A stretch of 64,000 bases of DNA from an uncultured Actinomycetota bacterium (lineage in GTDB: Bacteria > Actinomycetota > Actinomycetes > Actinomycetales > CAWJMD01). The stretch's first letter is position 1, and every line of letters starts with the position of its first letter. Shown here piece after piece: positions 10,286-18,898 of this stretch. Under the pieces are notes generated by a model. The model was not told the DNA's origin. It saw nothing but the letters and a program-made list of their open reading frames with translations, and did no database searches. The position numbers were made by a program, and so were the translations under genes. Where the stretch lies: contig CAWIED010000001.1 of NCBI GenBank assembly GCA_963835085.1, positions 398,474-462,473 on the forward strand, given 5' to 3'.

Positions 10286-12081
10286 CGATCGCTCCGCCCC
10301 GTCCACCCGAGCACCGACTCCGTCCCCGGCAGGGGTCCCGCGAGGCGATGCACGCGGCCAGGGGCAGGACGCACATCCGACGCGCCAGGGTCTTCACGAT
10401 CATCGCGTTGCTGCTGGTGGCGCTGTTCGCCGGTCGGCTCGTGCAGCTGCAGGTGATGGACGCCTCGTCGCTGTCCGAGCAGGCCCTGAAGCAGCGCCTG
10501 GTCACGATGCCGCTGATCGCCAGCCGCGGACAGATCCTCGACGACTCCGGTGCGGTGCTCGCCGACAATGTGGAGCGCCGCACGGTCACCGTCGACCAGA
10601 CGCTGGTAGGGCAGTACAAGAACGGCGGCATAGCAGGCGCTGCCCGCGACATCGCCCAGATCACCGGGGCAGATCCCGCCATCCTGGAGAAGAGCCTCAC
10701 CGGCTCGAAGCGTTTCGCCTATGTCATCAAGAACATCACCCCCGATCAGTGGCGTGCGGTGCAGAAGCTGAACGTGCCCGGCCTATACAGCGAGCAGACC
10801 TCCGTGCGTGACTACCCGGCCGGGTCGGTGGCCGCGAACCTGCTGGGCTTCACGAACTCCAACGGGGTCGGTGCCGGCGGCCTGGAGGGTCAGCTCAACT
10901 CGGTGCTTGCCGGCAAGAACGGGGTGCGTTACTACGAGCGTGGCCGTTCCGGCGAGATGATCCCCACCGGCGAAAACGCTGAGCAGGCCCCGGTGGAGGG
11001 TCGCAACGTCCAGCTCACGATCAACCGTGACCTGCAGTGGTACGCGGATCAGGCCATCGACGCCCAGGTCAAGAAGACCGGCGCCGAATGGGGCAGCGTG
11101 GTGGTGCTCGACGTCAAGACCGGCAACATCCTCGCGCTCGCCGAAGCGCCCTCCTTCGACCCCAACTCACCGGGGACGGCCGATCCGGCAGACCTTGGCT
11201 CGCGTGCCCTGTCCGACATCTTCGAGCCGGGCTCCACCAGCAAGATCATCACTGCCGCGGCCGCAATCGAAGAGGGGAAGGTCACGCCCACCTCGCAATT
11301 CACCGTGCCCGACGTGTTGACGACGCCCAACAAGCAGACCTTCCACGACTCCCACGCTCACCAGGACGAGAAGCTCACGTTCACCGGCGTGCTGGCGCAG
11401 TCGTCCAACACCGGCACCGTGATGGCGGGCTCGAGGCTCTCTCCGCAGCAGCGCTACGACTACCTGAAGAAGTTCGGCATCGGCCAGAAGACCGGCCTCG
11501 CCTTTCCGGGTGAGTCGAGCGGCATGCTCGTCCCGCTCAGCAAATGGGACGGCCGGCAGCAGTACACCGTCCTGTTCGGTCAGGGGGTGTCGGTGAACGC
11601 GCTGCAATCGGCCGCCGTGTTCGCCACGATCGCCAACGGCGGAGTGCGGCTGACTCCACGGCTGGTGGCAGCCACCCAGAACACCGACGGCACCATGGTG
11701 CCCACGCCGATCGATCCCGGTCAGCGGGTGGTGAGTGCCAAGACCGCCCAGCAGGTGCAGACGATGCTGGAGTCGGTGGTGTCCGACGGCACCGGTAGCG
11801 CGGCGCAGATCCCCGGCTATCGGATCGCCGGCAAGACCGGTACCGCCCAGGCGCCGGACGGCAAGAACGGCTACCGCGGGTACACCGGCTCGTTCATCGG
11901 TATGGCACCGGCGGGCAACCCGCAGATCGTGGTGGGCGTGACCCTCCAGCGACCCACCAACGGCTATTACGGAGCCACCGTCGCCGCTCCGGTGTTCCGC
12001 GACGTCATGGCCTTCGCCCTGCAGCAACAGGCGATCCCGCCGGTGATGGCGGCCGCAACGCCGTATCCCACGACCTGGTGA
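10282..12081 (+). CDS. ftsI: Penicillin-binding protein 2/FtsI (PbpB) transpeptidase
   Basis: N-terminal TM and PBP dimerisation region. Transpeptidase motifs are STSK (GSTSKIIT), SSN (AQSSNTG) and KTGTA. Confidence 0.92.
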   Translation: MTIAPPRPPEHRLRPRQGSREAMHAARGRTHIRRARVFTIIALLLVALFAGRLVQLQVMDASSLSEQALKQRLVTMPLIASRGQILDDSGAVLADNVERRTVTVDQTLVGQYKNGGIAGAARDIAQITGADPAILEKSLTGSKRFAYVIKNITPDQWRAVQKLNVPGLYSEQTSVRDYPAGSVAANLLGFTNSNGVGAGGLEGQLNSVLAGKNGVRYYERGRSGEMIPTGENAEQAPVEGRNVQLTINRDLQWYADQAIDAQVKKTGAEWGSVVVLDVKTGNILALAEAPSFDPNSPGTADPADLGSRALSDIFEPGSTSKIITAAAAIEEGKVTPTSQFTVPDVLTTPNKQTFHDSHAHQDEKLTFTGVLAQSSNTGTVMAGSRLSPQQRYDYLKKFGIGQKTGLAFPGESSGMLVPLSKWDGRQQYTVLFGQGVSVNALQSAAVFATIANGGVRLTPRLVAATQNTDGTMVPTPIDPGQRVVSAKTAQQVQTMLESVVSDGTGSAAQIPGYRIAGKTGTAQAPDGKNGYRGYTGSFIGMAPAGNPQIVVGVTLQRPTNGYYGATVAAPVFRDVMAFALQQQAIPPVMAAATPYPTTW

Positions 12082-12122
12082 GCGGCTGCGTCGATCCGTG
12101 CGGCTAGACGCCGGGGCCGTCA

Positions 12123-12971
12123 TCAGGTGCCGGCGAGGCGCTGCACCACGCTCAGCAGCTCGGGAGTGTTGGCGTCGAGGTTGACCGTGATGTAGCTGGT
12201 GCCGAGCTCGTCGCGACGGCGCTGCAGTTCCTCCGCGCAGGCGTTGACGTCACCCGGCAGCATCACCAAGCTGTCGCGGGCGCGCAGGTCATCGGCGGTG
12301 AGTCCCGACATCCGGGTGAGCCAGCCCGACACCTGATTTCCGATGCCGAAGATGTTGAGGGCCAGCTCGACGCTGCGCCCGTGCGCCGCGGCCTGCTCGC
12401 GGACGGCCTGAGCAGCCTGGGCCGCCTCGGCGCGGGTGGTCATGGGGCCTACGGCCAACGCCACGATGTCGGCGTGCTCGCCTGCCAGGGCGATGCCCCG
12501 GGCACCGCCGGTCGCCACGAGTACGGGAGTGTGCGGTCCGGGCAGCTCGCGCAGGAGCTCGATGGTGCGACGCAACCGGCGCCGGCGTTCGGCGGCAGAG
12601 GTCTGCGGCTGCGCGAGGCTCTCCGCCGCCGGGGTGACGTCGGGACGGCCCACTCCGAGACCGAGCTCGAAGCGTCCACCGCTCAGCCGCGCCAGCGACG
12701 AGGCCTGCCAGGCCAGGGCTTCGGGGGTGTGCAGGGCGGTGGCGGCCACGTAGTTGCCCACCCGCAGAGTGGTCGTGGCGCCGGCGGCCAGAGCCAGTGC
12801 CACCGTGGACTCGGGACCCGGGTAGACCTCCGGCGCCAACAGCACGGCGTAGCCCGAGGCCTCGGCCCGGCGTGCCACCTCCAGCCAGTCGAGGTGCGGC
12901 GTCGCACTGTGGGCGACGAGGCCGAACCTGAATGGAGTGGGCGTCGGTGAGTTCGTCATGGCTTCCATCAT
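12123..12971 (-). CDS. LLM-class (luciferase-like) F420-dependent oxidoreductase
   Basis: FRFGLV..DWLEVARRAEASGYAVLLAPE..GRFELGLGVG..ELGTSYITV is typical of the probable-F420 LLM subfamily. The start may be ATG 12971, 12968 or 12959. Confidence 0.75.
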   Translation of the reverse strand: MMEAMTNSPTPTPFRFGLVAHSATPHLDWLEVARRAEASGYAVLLAPEVYPGPESTVALALAAGATTTLRVGNYVAATALHTPEALAWQASSLARLSGGRFELGLGVGRPDVTPAAESLAQPQTSAAERRRRLRRTIELLRELPGPHTPVLVATGGARGIALAGEHADIVALAVGPMTTRAEAAQAAQAVREQAAAHGRSVELALNIFGIGNQVSGWLTRMSGLTADDLRARDSLVMLPGDVNACAEELQRRRDELGTSYITVNLDANTPELLSVVQRLAGT

Positions 12972-12974
12972 GTG

Positions 12975-13558
12975 CCCTTAGGACCAACGTCGTTCGGTTA
13001 GTCGTCGGATGGGTGTCGCGATCTATGTGGGGGGTGTCGCGGGGCAGAGCCGGTCGACAGGTGGACGCAGCCGGTCGACAGCGGACGGGGCCGGGCGATG
13101 GGAAGTCGCAGCCTGCCCGGGTCTTCCGCAAAGGGAGGTTTCGACAGTCGCAGGCCAGGGGTTTTTCTGCGCTATGACGATGCCCCGTCCGGCGGGGCAT
13201 CGCCATAGCGTCAGAAACCGACCCCGTTCACAGCCCGGCAGGGCCGGACTCGACCCATCACGGTCTGGGGGCTGGGTGGTGCCGTCCGCGGTGTATCCGC
13301 CGCGGTTGACACCCGGTTGAGTGCCGGAACCGGGGTTGGGATCGTTGGATGGTGCCGTTCGCGGCGAATGCGCCGCGGTTGGCACCGGGAAAGGCGGCTT
13401 ATGTTGAAGACCGATCTGGAGTCCGGCCAGACTGTGATTCACCTTCCGACAAAGGGCCGCGCCTTCCTCTCCAGACGCAACTCCGAAAGCCGGGGCTCGC
13501 CTAGGCATGGGGGTTGACACCAACTCCCGAACCTTGACCGAACGGCATTGCCCTTAGG
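12975..13558. mobile_element. MITE-like non-autonomous element (566 bp) with ~17-bp imperfect terminal inverted repeats and 8-bp direct duplication
   Basis: CCCTTAGG occurs at 12975-12982 and 13551-13558. The left end CAACGTCGTTCGGTTAG (12985-13001) matches the reverse complement of 13533-13550 (CAATGCCGTTCGGTCAAG) at 13/17 positions with a 10-bp perfect core. The interior holds a head-like module, the 39-bp palindrome at 13171-13209, and two 73-bp-period hairpins (13278, 13351). There is no coding capacity. Confidence 0.55.
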
Positions 13559-14396
13559 TTCCTTCGAACCTCAACTCGGCCACGGAATACATGCTGTGCC
13601 AGGCGAACAACCGGAAGGCGGCGTTGACCTGGGCGGCGAGGAAGCCGGACTCGTCCATGAGGTCTGTGTCGCTTACCGCCTGCCAGCCGGGCGATGATCT
13701 CGCCAGCCCCGTCGCACCTGCGTGACCGGAGTGGAAGTGGGCCCCGGTCGTGCGTTGGATGGGGTGCCCCAGCCGGGCCGCCATCGGGTGGAACACGTCC
13801 GCGACCAGCCCGGTGCCCGGCCCGAAAGTCTCACCGATCCGACCGAGCAAGATGGAGACGTCTTTCGGATTGAGATACATCAGCAGGCCCTCGGCGATCA
13901 CCAGCGTCGGGCCGCCGGCGGGAACCTGGGATAGCCAGTCGGTCTCCATCACCGAGCAGCCGATCAGGTTGGTGAGGTCGTCTGGGATGAGACCGCGACG
14001 CAACTCGATCACTGCGGGCCGGTCGACCCCCACGAAGTCGGCTGACAGCTTGCGCAGCCTCGCTCGCCGATTGCACAGACCGATGCCCAGCGTCACCACG
14101 GTGGTTGACGGGTGGCCGATCGCATATTGCCAGGTGAGCCGGTCGATCACCATGGAGCGGCGGATCGTTCCACGGATGTTGCTGGCATCGGAGGCGGCCA
14201 GCGTGGCCGGATCGTCCAGGCCTTTCTTGGCGGAGGCAGCTACCAACCGCGCCCAGACCTCGCGAGCCTGTTGATCGTGGAAGTTGACGTCGGGCTGCAC
14301 CGATTCGGCGTGGGCCCGCGCATAGAGGGTGGTGACAAGAGTGGCGCCGACGTCGTCGCCGAACATCGGACGCGCGCCACCGGTAGGAGGAACCAT
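13554..14396 (-). CDS. Class I SAM-dependent methyltransferase (COG3315/LCM-TcmP-like O-methyltransferase)
   Basis: TLYARA..VVTLGIGLCNR..VDRPAVIELRRGL..LVIAEGLLMYL pattern. ATG 14396 is preceded by AAGGGGA. Confidence 0.7.
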   Translation of the reverse strand: MVPPTGGARPMFGDDVGATLVTTLYARAHAESVQPDVNFHDQQAREVWARLVAASAKKGLDDPATLAASDASNIRGTIRRSMVIDRLTWQYAIGHPSTTVVTLGIGLCNRRARLRKLSADFVGVDRPAVIELRRGLIPDDLTNLIGCSVMETDWLSQVPAGGPTLVIAEGLLMYLNPKDVSILLGRIGETFGPGTGLVADVFHPMAARLGHPIQRTTGAHFHSGHAGATGLARSSPGWQAVSDTDLMDESGFLAAQVNAAFRLFAWHSMYSVAELRFEGT

Positions 14397-14712
14397 GCTG
14401 TCCCCTTAGGTTCTGTCGGCAAGTCCATTATGGCGGAAAACTGCGGATGTGAGTAGAGGGACCGCTGCGGTTTGTGAAGCCGTAGGTAGACAGTCGCCGT
14501 TTACGTGACGGTTCGCAGCAAATCGGGTCGACGTAACGTTGCTTCGATGCAAACTCGTTCGTCGCAAACTGGATTTCCACGAAAAGTCGTTTCATGCAAG
14601 GGCTGGTACATGCACGATTGTGGAAAGAGTCGATCGCGTATGGCCACTCTCTCACAACTTTCCCCTTCTGCCACTCCACAGGTCCGGCGCCGAACCTCAG
14701 GCAGGCAGGCGT

Positions 14713-16185
14713 TCAGGTCGCGGCAGGGAGCCGAAGCTCGACCTCGGTGTGCCCCGCCCGGCCACGCAGCTGCATCGTGCCCCCGTGGCTGAGCACCACT
14801 GCCTGGGTGATCGCCAGCCCCAAGCCTGTGCTGGGAGGATCATGTCCGGCTGTCGACCTGGGCTGACCGAGCGAGCCGGACGCCGAGTCGGCCCGGCGTC
14901 CATGACCGAATCTGACTGGGCCGTCGCGCAGGATCGACTCCGGAAAGCCGGGGCCGTCGTCGATGATCGAGAGCACCATCCGATCGCCGTCGCGCCGCAG
15001 CCTCACCAGCACCGTCGTGCCGGCCGGAGTGTGCACTCGAGCGTTGGTCACGAGGTTCACCACCACCCGGCGCAGTAGGCCCGGGTCGCCGATCACGAGC
15101 GCCGGAGCGGCGGGGATATCGAGGCTCCAGCGGTGATCGGGGCCGGCCCGCCGGGCATCCTCGACGACCTCGAGCACGTCCCGGGTGATGTCGACCTCGG
15201 CCGCCACCGTGCGCGGCTCGACGTCGAAACGGCCCAGGAGCAAGAGATCGTCGACGAGAGCAGCCATCCGGCGGGTCTCGGCATCGATGCGGCCAAGTGC
15301 ACCGCGCTGCCGGCTCGACAGCGTGGACGACTCTCCGAAGCCCTGCAGCAGTTCGCTATGTACTGCCACCACCGCCAAAGGGGTGCGCAGCTCATGGCTG
15401 GCGTCGGCCAGAAAGTCACGCAGCCGCTGTTCGCTGCGTTCGCGTTCGGCGAGAGCGCTGTCGACCTGTCCGAGCAGCTGGTTCACGGCCGTGGACACCT
15501 GCGCCACCTCGACGGTGTCGGAGTCGGTCGACACGCCGTGGCGCAGAGCCGGGTTGCCCGCTTGCAGCGGCGTCTCGGCCAGCCGGAAGGCGGCGGCAGT
15601 CAACCGGTGCAGTGGGCGGACGGCCCGGTGCACGCCGAGTAAGGCGGCAGTCAACGTCGCCATGGCGAACACGACGAACGCCACGGCTTCGGCGACCAAC
15701 AGCACGACAAGGCTGTGATCGAGCTCTGCAGCGGGCAGCGCCACGAGCAGGCGTCGGCCGTTGACGACCGCAACGTCGGCCCGGTACGAGCCCAGGTCGG
15801 GAAGCTGCAACGACATCGGCGCCTCAGTGCTCAGAACGGGTGCCAGCGCCGCCAGATCGCCGGCCGAGGCGTTGTGTGGATGCACGCCGTCAGCCACCAC
15901 AGATATTCCCTGGAGGTGGCCGGCCACCACCTGGGCGGTGATGGTGCCTGCGGTGAGCCCTACGGTGGGGTTCGTGTTGTCGGCATCGTGATCGTTGCCC
16001 CTGGGGTTGAGCTGCTCGCCGAATCTCGTTGCAGCACCGTCGAGTTGGTTGTCGAGGCCAGCGAGCAGAACGTGTCGGGTCACCAGGTACGTGGTGAGCC
16101 CGGCCACGGCGAAGCCCGCGATGAGGCAGACGGTGAGCAGTACTGCCAACCGGCCTATCAGGGTGCTGGGAGCGCGGCGGATCAT
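14713..16185 (-). CDS. Two-component sensor histidine kinase
   Basis: Two TM segments, a HAMP-like linker, an H-box ASHELRTPL and a HATPase region (NLVTNARVHTP..DDGPGF..GLGLAI). It overlaps the response regulator stop. Confidence 0.9.
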   Translation of the reverse strand: MIRRAPSTLIGRLAVLLTVCLIAGFAVAGLTTYLVTRHVLLAGLDNQLDGAATRFGEQLNPRGNDHDADNTNPTVGLTAGTITAQVVAGHLQGISVVADGVHPHNASAGDLAALAPVLSTEAPMSLQLPDLGSYRADVAVVNGRRLLVALPAAELDHSLVVLLVAEAVAFVVFAMATLTAALLGVHRAVRPLHRLTAAAFRLAETPLQAGNPALRHGVSTDSDTVEVAQVSTAVNQLLGQVDSALAERERSEQRLRDFLADASHELRTPLAVVAVHSELLQGFGESSTLSSRQRGALGRIDAETRRMAALVDDLLLLGRFDVEPRTVAAEVDITRDVLEVVEDARRAGPDHRWSLDIPAAPALVIGDPGLLRRVVVNLVTNARVHTPAGTTVLVRLRRDGDRMVLSIIDDGPGFPESILRDGPVRFGHGRRADSASGSLGQPRSTAGHDPPSTGLGLAITQAVVLSHGGTMQLRGRAGHTEVELRLPAAT

Positions 16186-16940
16186 CGTCCCTCGACCTGT
16201 ACGACGTAGCCCACACCTCGGACGGTGTGGATGAGCGGCTCGCGGCCGGCGTCGACCTTCTTGCGCAGGTAGCTGATGTAAAGCTCCACAACGTGGGCGT
16301 CGCCGCCGTAGTCATATCCCCACACCGCTCGAATGAGCTCGTCCTTGGAGATCACCCGCCGGGTGTTGCGGGCCAGGTAGCACAGCAAGGCGTACTCCGT
16401 TGCGGTCAGCGTCAGCGGATCTCCGGCCCGTGACACCTCGTGGGCGTCGATGTTGAGCACGAGGTCGCCGATCTGCAGCCTGTCCGTCGACCTCGCCGCC
16501 AGCCAGCCCGCCCGTCGCATCAACGCCGATGCGCGCACCAGCACCTCCTGCAGGCTGAACGGCTTGGTTACGTAGTCGTCGGCGCCCAAGGCGATGCCAT
16601 GAATGCGGTCTTCGACGGCATCGCGCGCGGTCAGGAAGATCACCGCCAGGTCGTCGGACCGGGCGCGCAGGTCGTCCAGGAGCGTGAACCCGTCTCCGTC
16701 AGGCAACCCGACGTCGAGCACGGCCAGGTCAGGACGCTGCCGTCTGGCGACGGCCCCGGCCTCTTCCGCGCTGTACGCGGCGTTCGCCTGCCACCCCGTG
16801 AACCGGAAGGCCTCCACCAGGGCATCTGCCAGCGACTGCTCGTCGTCCACCACCAGCACCCGCAGGGCACGGCCGTCAGGATGCCTGGGTTGCTGGGGCT
16901 GGGGAGTCGGCGCCGTGGGTTCGCCGGGTTCCGCAGGCAT
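16182..16940 (-). CDS. OmpR/PhoB-family response regulator
   Basis: Receiver domain (RVLVVDDE..DLAVLDVGLPDGDG..IFLTARD) plus a winged-helix C-terminus (LTATEYALLCYLARN..VELYISYLRKK). The start is set at ATG 16940. The 456-aa track ORF extension is an Arg/His-rich non-coding read-through. Confidence 0.9.
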   Translation of the reverse strand: MPAEPGEPTAPTPQPQQPRHPDGRALRVLVVDDEQSLADALVEAFRFTGWQANAAYSAEEAGAVARRQRPDLAVLDVGLPDGDGFTLLDDLRARSDDLAVIFLTARDAVEDRIHGIALGADDYVTKPFSLQEVLVRASALMRRAGWLAARSTDRLQIGDLVLNIDAHEVSRAGDPLTLTATEYALLCYLARNTRRVISKDELIRAVWGYDYGGDAHVVELYISYLRKKVDAGREPLIHTVRGVGYVVQVEGR

Positions 16941-17044
16941 GGGCCCGAGGGGTCTGGGTGCGAAGGTCGACACCCTGCCGACGGTAGCCCGTACGCGCGG
17001 TCGCCGGTTCCCGGCGCTGGGGGCGGCAGCCGAGGTGCCCGTGA

Positions 17045-17812
17045 CTACGGCTGATCGCTCAGTTCGTCGCGCGCACTTGGGAGCCCGAGGATGTTCAGGT
17101 TGCCCTGGGCAACATCCGCCGCCACCTCCGATAGGGGTCGGCGGCTGGCGCGGGCGGCCGAGCGCAGCAGGTCGAAGGCGACACCCATGTTGACGCCGGC
17201 GCGTTCGGCGATGACGCCCTTGGCCTGCTCGATCACGATCCGGGAGTTCAGAGCGGTCTGCAGCTGCTGGGCCAAGACCTCCTGGCGGCGCAGGGTGCGG
17301 TGCGTGAGAATGCCGATCGTGGCCATGCTGGTGAGCGCTTGGGCAATCCGCAGGTCGGCCGCGCTCATCCCGGTGGGGGTCTTGCTGAACAGGTTCACCA
17401 CCCCTACGACGCGCTCGCGCAGTCGCATGGGCAGGGCGACGGTGGCGTTGATGCCCTGCGCTGTGGCGGCCGCCGTGAACATGGGCCAATTCGTGTTGGT
17501 CTGCAGCTCGGTGGCCATGACCGTCTTGCGTTGGGTGAAAGCGTCCAGGCACGGACCCTGTTCGTTCTGCAGCTCCAGCAGCTCGAGCAAGCGCGTGCGT
17601 TCGCTGGAAGACGCCAGCACTCGCAGCGAACCCCGTTGGTCGTCGAGCATGATGCCCGCCGCAGACACATCGGGAAGCTGCAAGCAGGTTTGCACCAGCC
17701 GGTCGGCGAGGTCTACCACGTCGAAGCCGGAGACCAGCGTGTCTGCCAGGTATACGAGGCTGGAGAGCAGCTCGTTGGTGCCCTGGCCCTGCGGGTCGAT
17801 GTCAGAACTCAT
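17045..17812 (-). CDS. GAF + ANTAR domain RNA-binding regulator (copy 2)
   Basis: N-terminal GAF-like region, then ANTAR (LNSRIVIEQAKGVIAERAGVNMGVAFDLLRSAARASRRPLSEVAADV). ATG 17812 overlaps the stop of the upstream paralog (ATGA). Confidence 0.8.
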   Translation of the reverse strand: MSSDIDPQGQGTNELLSSLVYLADTLVSGFDVVDLADRLVQTCLQLPDVSAAGIMLDDQRGSLRVLASSSERTRLLELLELQNEQGPCLDAFTQRKTVMATELQTNTNWPMFTAAATAQGINATVALPMRLRERVVGVVNLFSKTPTGMSAADLRIAQALTSMATIGILTHRTLRRQEVLAQQLQTALNSRIVIEQAKGVIAERAGVNMGVAFDLLRSAARASRRPLSEVAADVAQGNLNILGLPSARDELSDQP

Positions 17813-18546
17813 GGTCGCTCGTCTCCCAGCTCTGAGGTGTCGCCAGGCGACTGCGGATCGAAACGTAGGGTCCGTTTGACCACTCGGTGCGCCACGGTGA
17901 GCAGGGACTCTCCGGTGGCAAAGGCATGCGCCCGCAGGGTGAGCAGAGCACTGCCGATCGAACCGTCTTGTTGCACCATGACCATTCCCGTCGCCTGATG
18001 AATGACGGCATGCTGAAGGCCGACATCGGTGTCGGACCACGGCCCGGAGTCGACGTCTCCACGAGGCGCGGCTTCGGCGGCAGAGGAGACGAGCAAGGCC
18101 AGCGCCATGCTGTCTGCCGACTCCAACAACTGCGAGATCAGGTGGTCGTTCAACTGCACCACATCGTTGCTGTACAGACTCATGACGCCCACCTGAACCA
18201 CGCCGATCTGCAACGGCAGGGCAACCATCGACTGCACGCCGAGCCTGCTGGCCTGGCGACCGAAAGCCACCCAGCGTTCCGGGTCTTCAGTCAGATCGCA
18301 CACCACCAGGCCTCCGTCGGCCAGGGCTTCTACTCTGGGGCCCTCTCCCGAGACTACGCTCAGGTCTTCCAAATTGGCAGCGACCTCGTCTGAGGCGTAG
18401 AGCAGGTCGGCCCACGTGCCGCCCACGACGCGCGACACCGCGACGCCGCTCAGCCCGGCAGGGCCCACCTTCGACAATGTCGCTTGCGCGAGCTCAGCCA
18501 CCCGGCTGAAGACATCCCGCGGCAGATTCGGCGGTCCGGCAACCAT
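17809..18546 (-). CDS. GAF + ANTAR domain RNA-binding regulator (copy 1)
   Basis: GAF-like region (..VALPLQIGVVQVGVMSLYS..), then ANTAR-like (VIHQATGMVMVQQDGSIGSALLTLRAHAFATGESLLTVAHRVV). The start at ATG 18546 is preceded by GAGGAG. Confidence 0.75.
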   Translation of the reverse strand: MVAGPPNLPRDVFSRVAELAQATLSKVGPAGLSGVAVSRVVGGTWADLLYASDEVAANLEDLSVVSGEGPRVEALADGGLVVCDLTEDPERWVAFGRQASRLGVQSMVALPLQIGVVQVGVMSLYSNDVVQLNDHLISQLLESADSMALALLVSSAAEAAPRGDVDSGPWSDTDVGLQHAVIHQATGMVMVQQDGSIGSALLTLRAHAFATGESLLTVAHRVVKRTLRFDPQSPGDTSELGDERP

Positions 18547-18658
18547 CGTCTCCTCATCTCGCGAGGTCGTGCCTGACTCACTGCGCCGGTGCCCGAGACA
18601 GCGAGAGTCGATCGTGGACCTAGCTGAAGATCTGCGCAACGTGCGGACGCGACCGACC

Positions 18659-18898
18659 TCAACGCCCATGGTCAATGGGGATGACGTTGCGCAGATCGAA
18701 CTGCTGGGCGACGCCGGGGCGCTCCACGATATCTCGCCGGCGTAGCTCACCGACGATCTGAGCGCTCTCGAAGGCCAACGCGCGCTGATGCTGCTCGATG
18801 AGGTCGAGGTCGGCCAAGAGCTCGTGCGTCGTTCGAGCGTGCAGCGCAACGATGGCAGCGGGGCGAAGGCCTCGTGAAGGATGATCGTTCCGGCCCAT
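18659..18898 (-). CDS. Hypothetical 79-aa protein
   Basis: ATG 18898 is preceded by GGGAG. G/C third-position bias is present. It sits at the head of the GAF-ANTAR gene pair. No family was recognised. Confidence 0.45.
   Translation of the reverse strand: MGRNDHPSRGLRPAAIVALHARTTHELLADLDLIEQHQRALAFESAQIVGELRRRDIVERPGVAQQFDLRNVIPIDHGR

Noticed and set aside
14428-14679. 83-aa ORF in the low-GC spacer between the kinase and methyltransferase genes.
   Set aside because: It has AT-rich atypical codon usage, no RBS, a Cys/Arg-rich sequence without a motif, and it sits in what is more plausibly a promoter or leader region.
16941-17552. 204-codon N-terminal extension of the response regulator ORF (His/Arg/Pro-rich).
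   Set aside because: The composition is non-protein-like. It overlaps the real GAF-ANTAR gene (17045..17812) on the same strand in another frame. The receiver domain begins just after ATG 16940.
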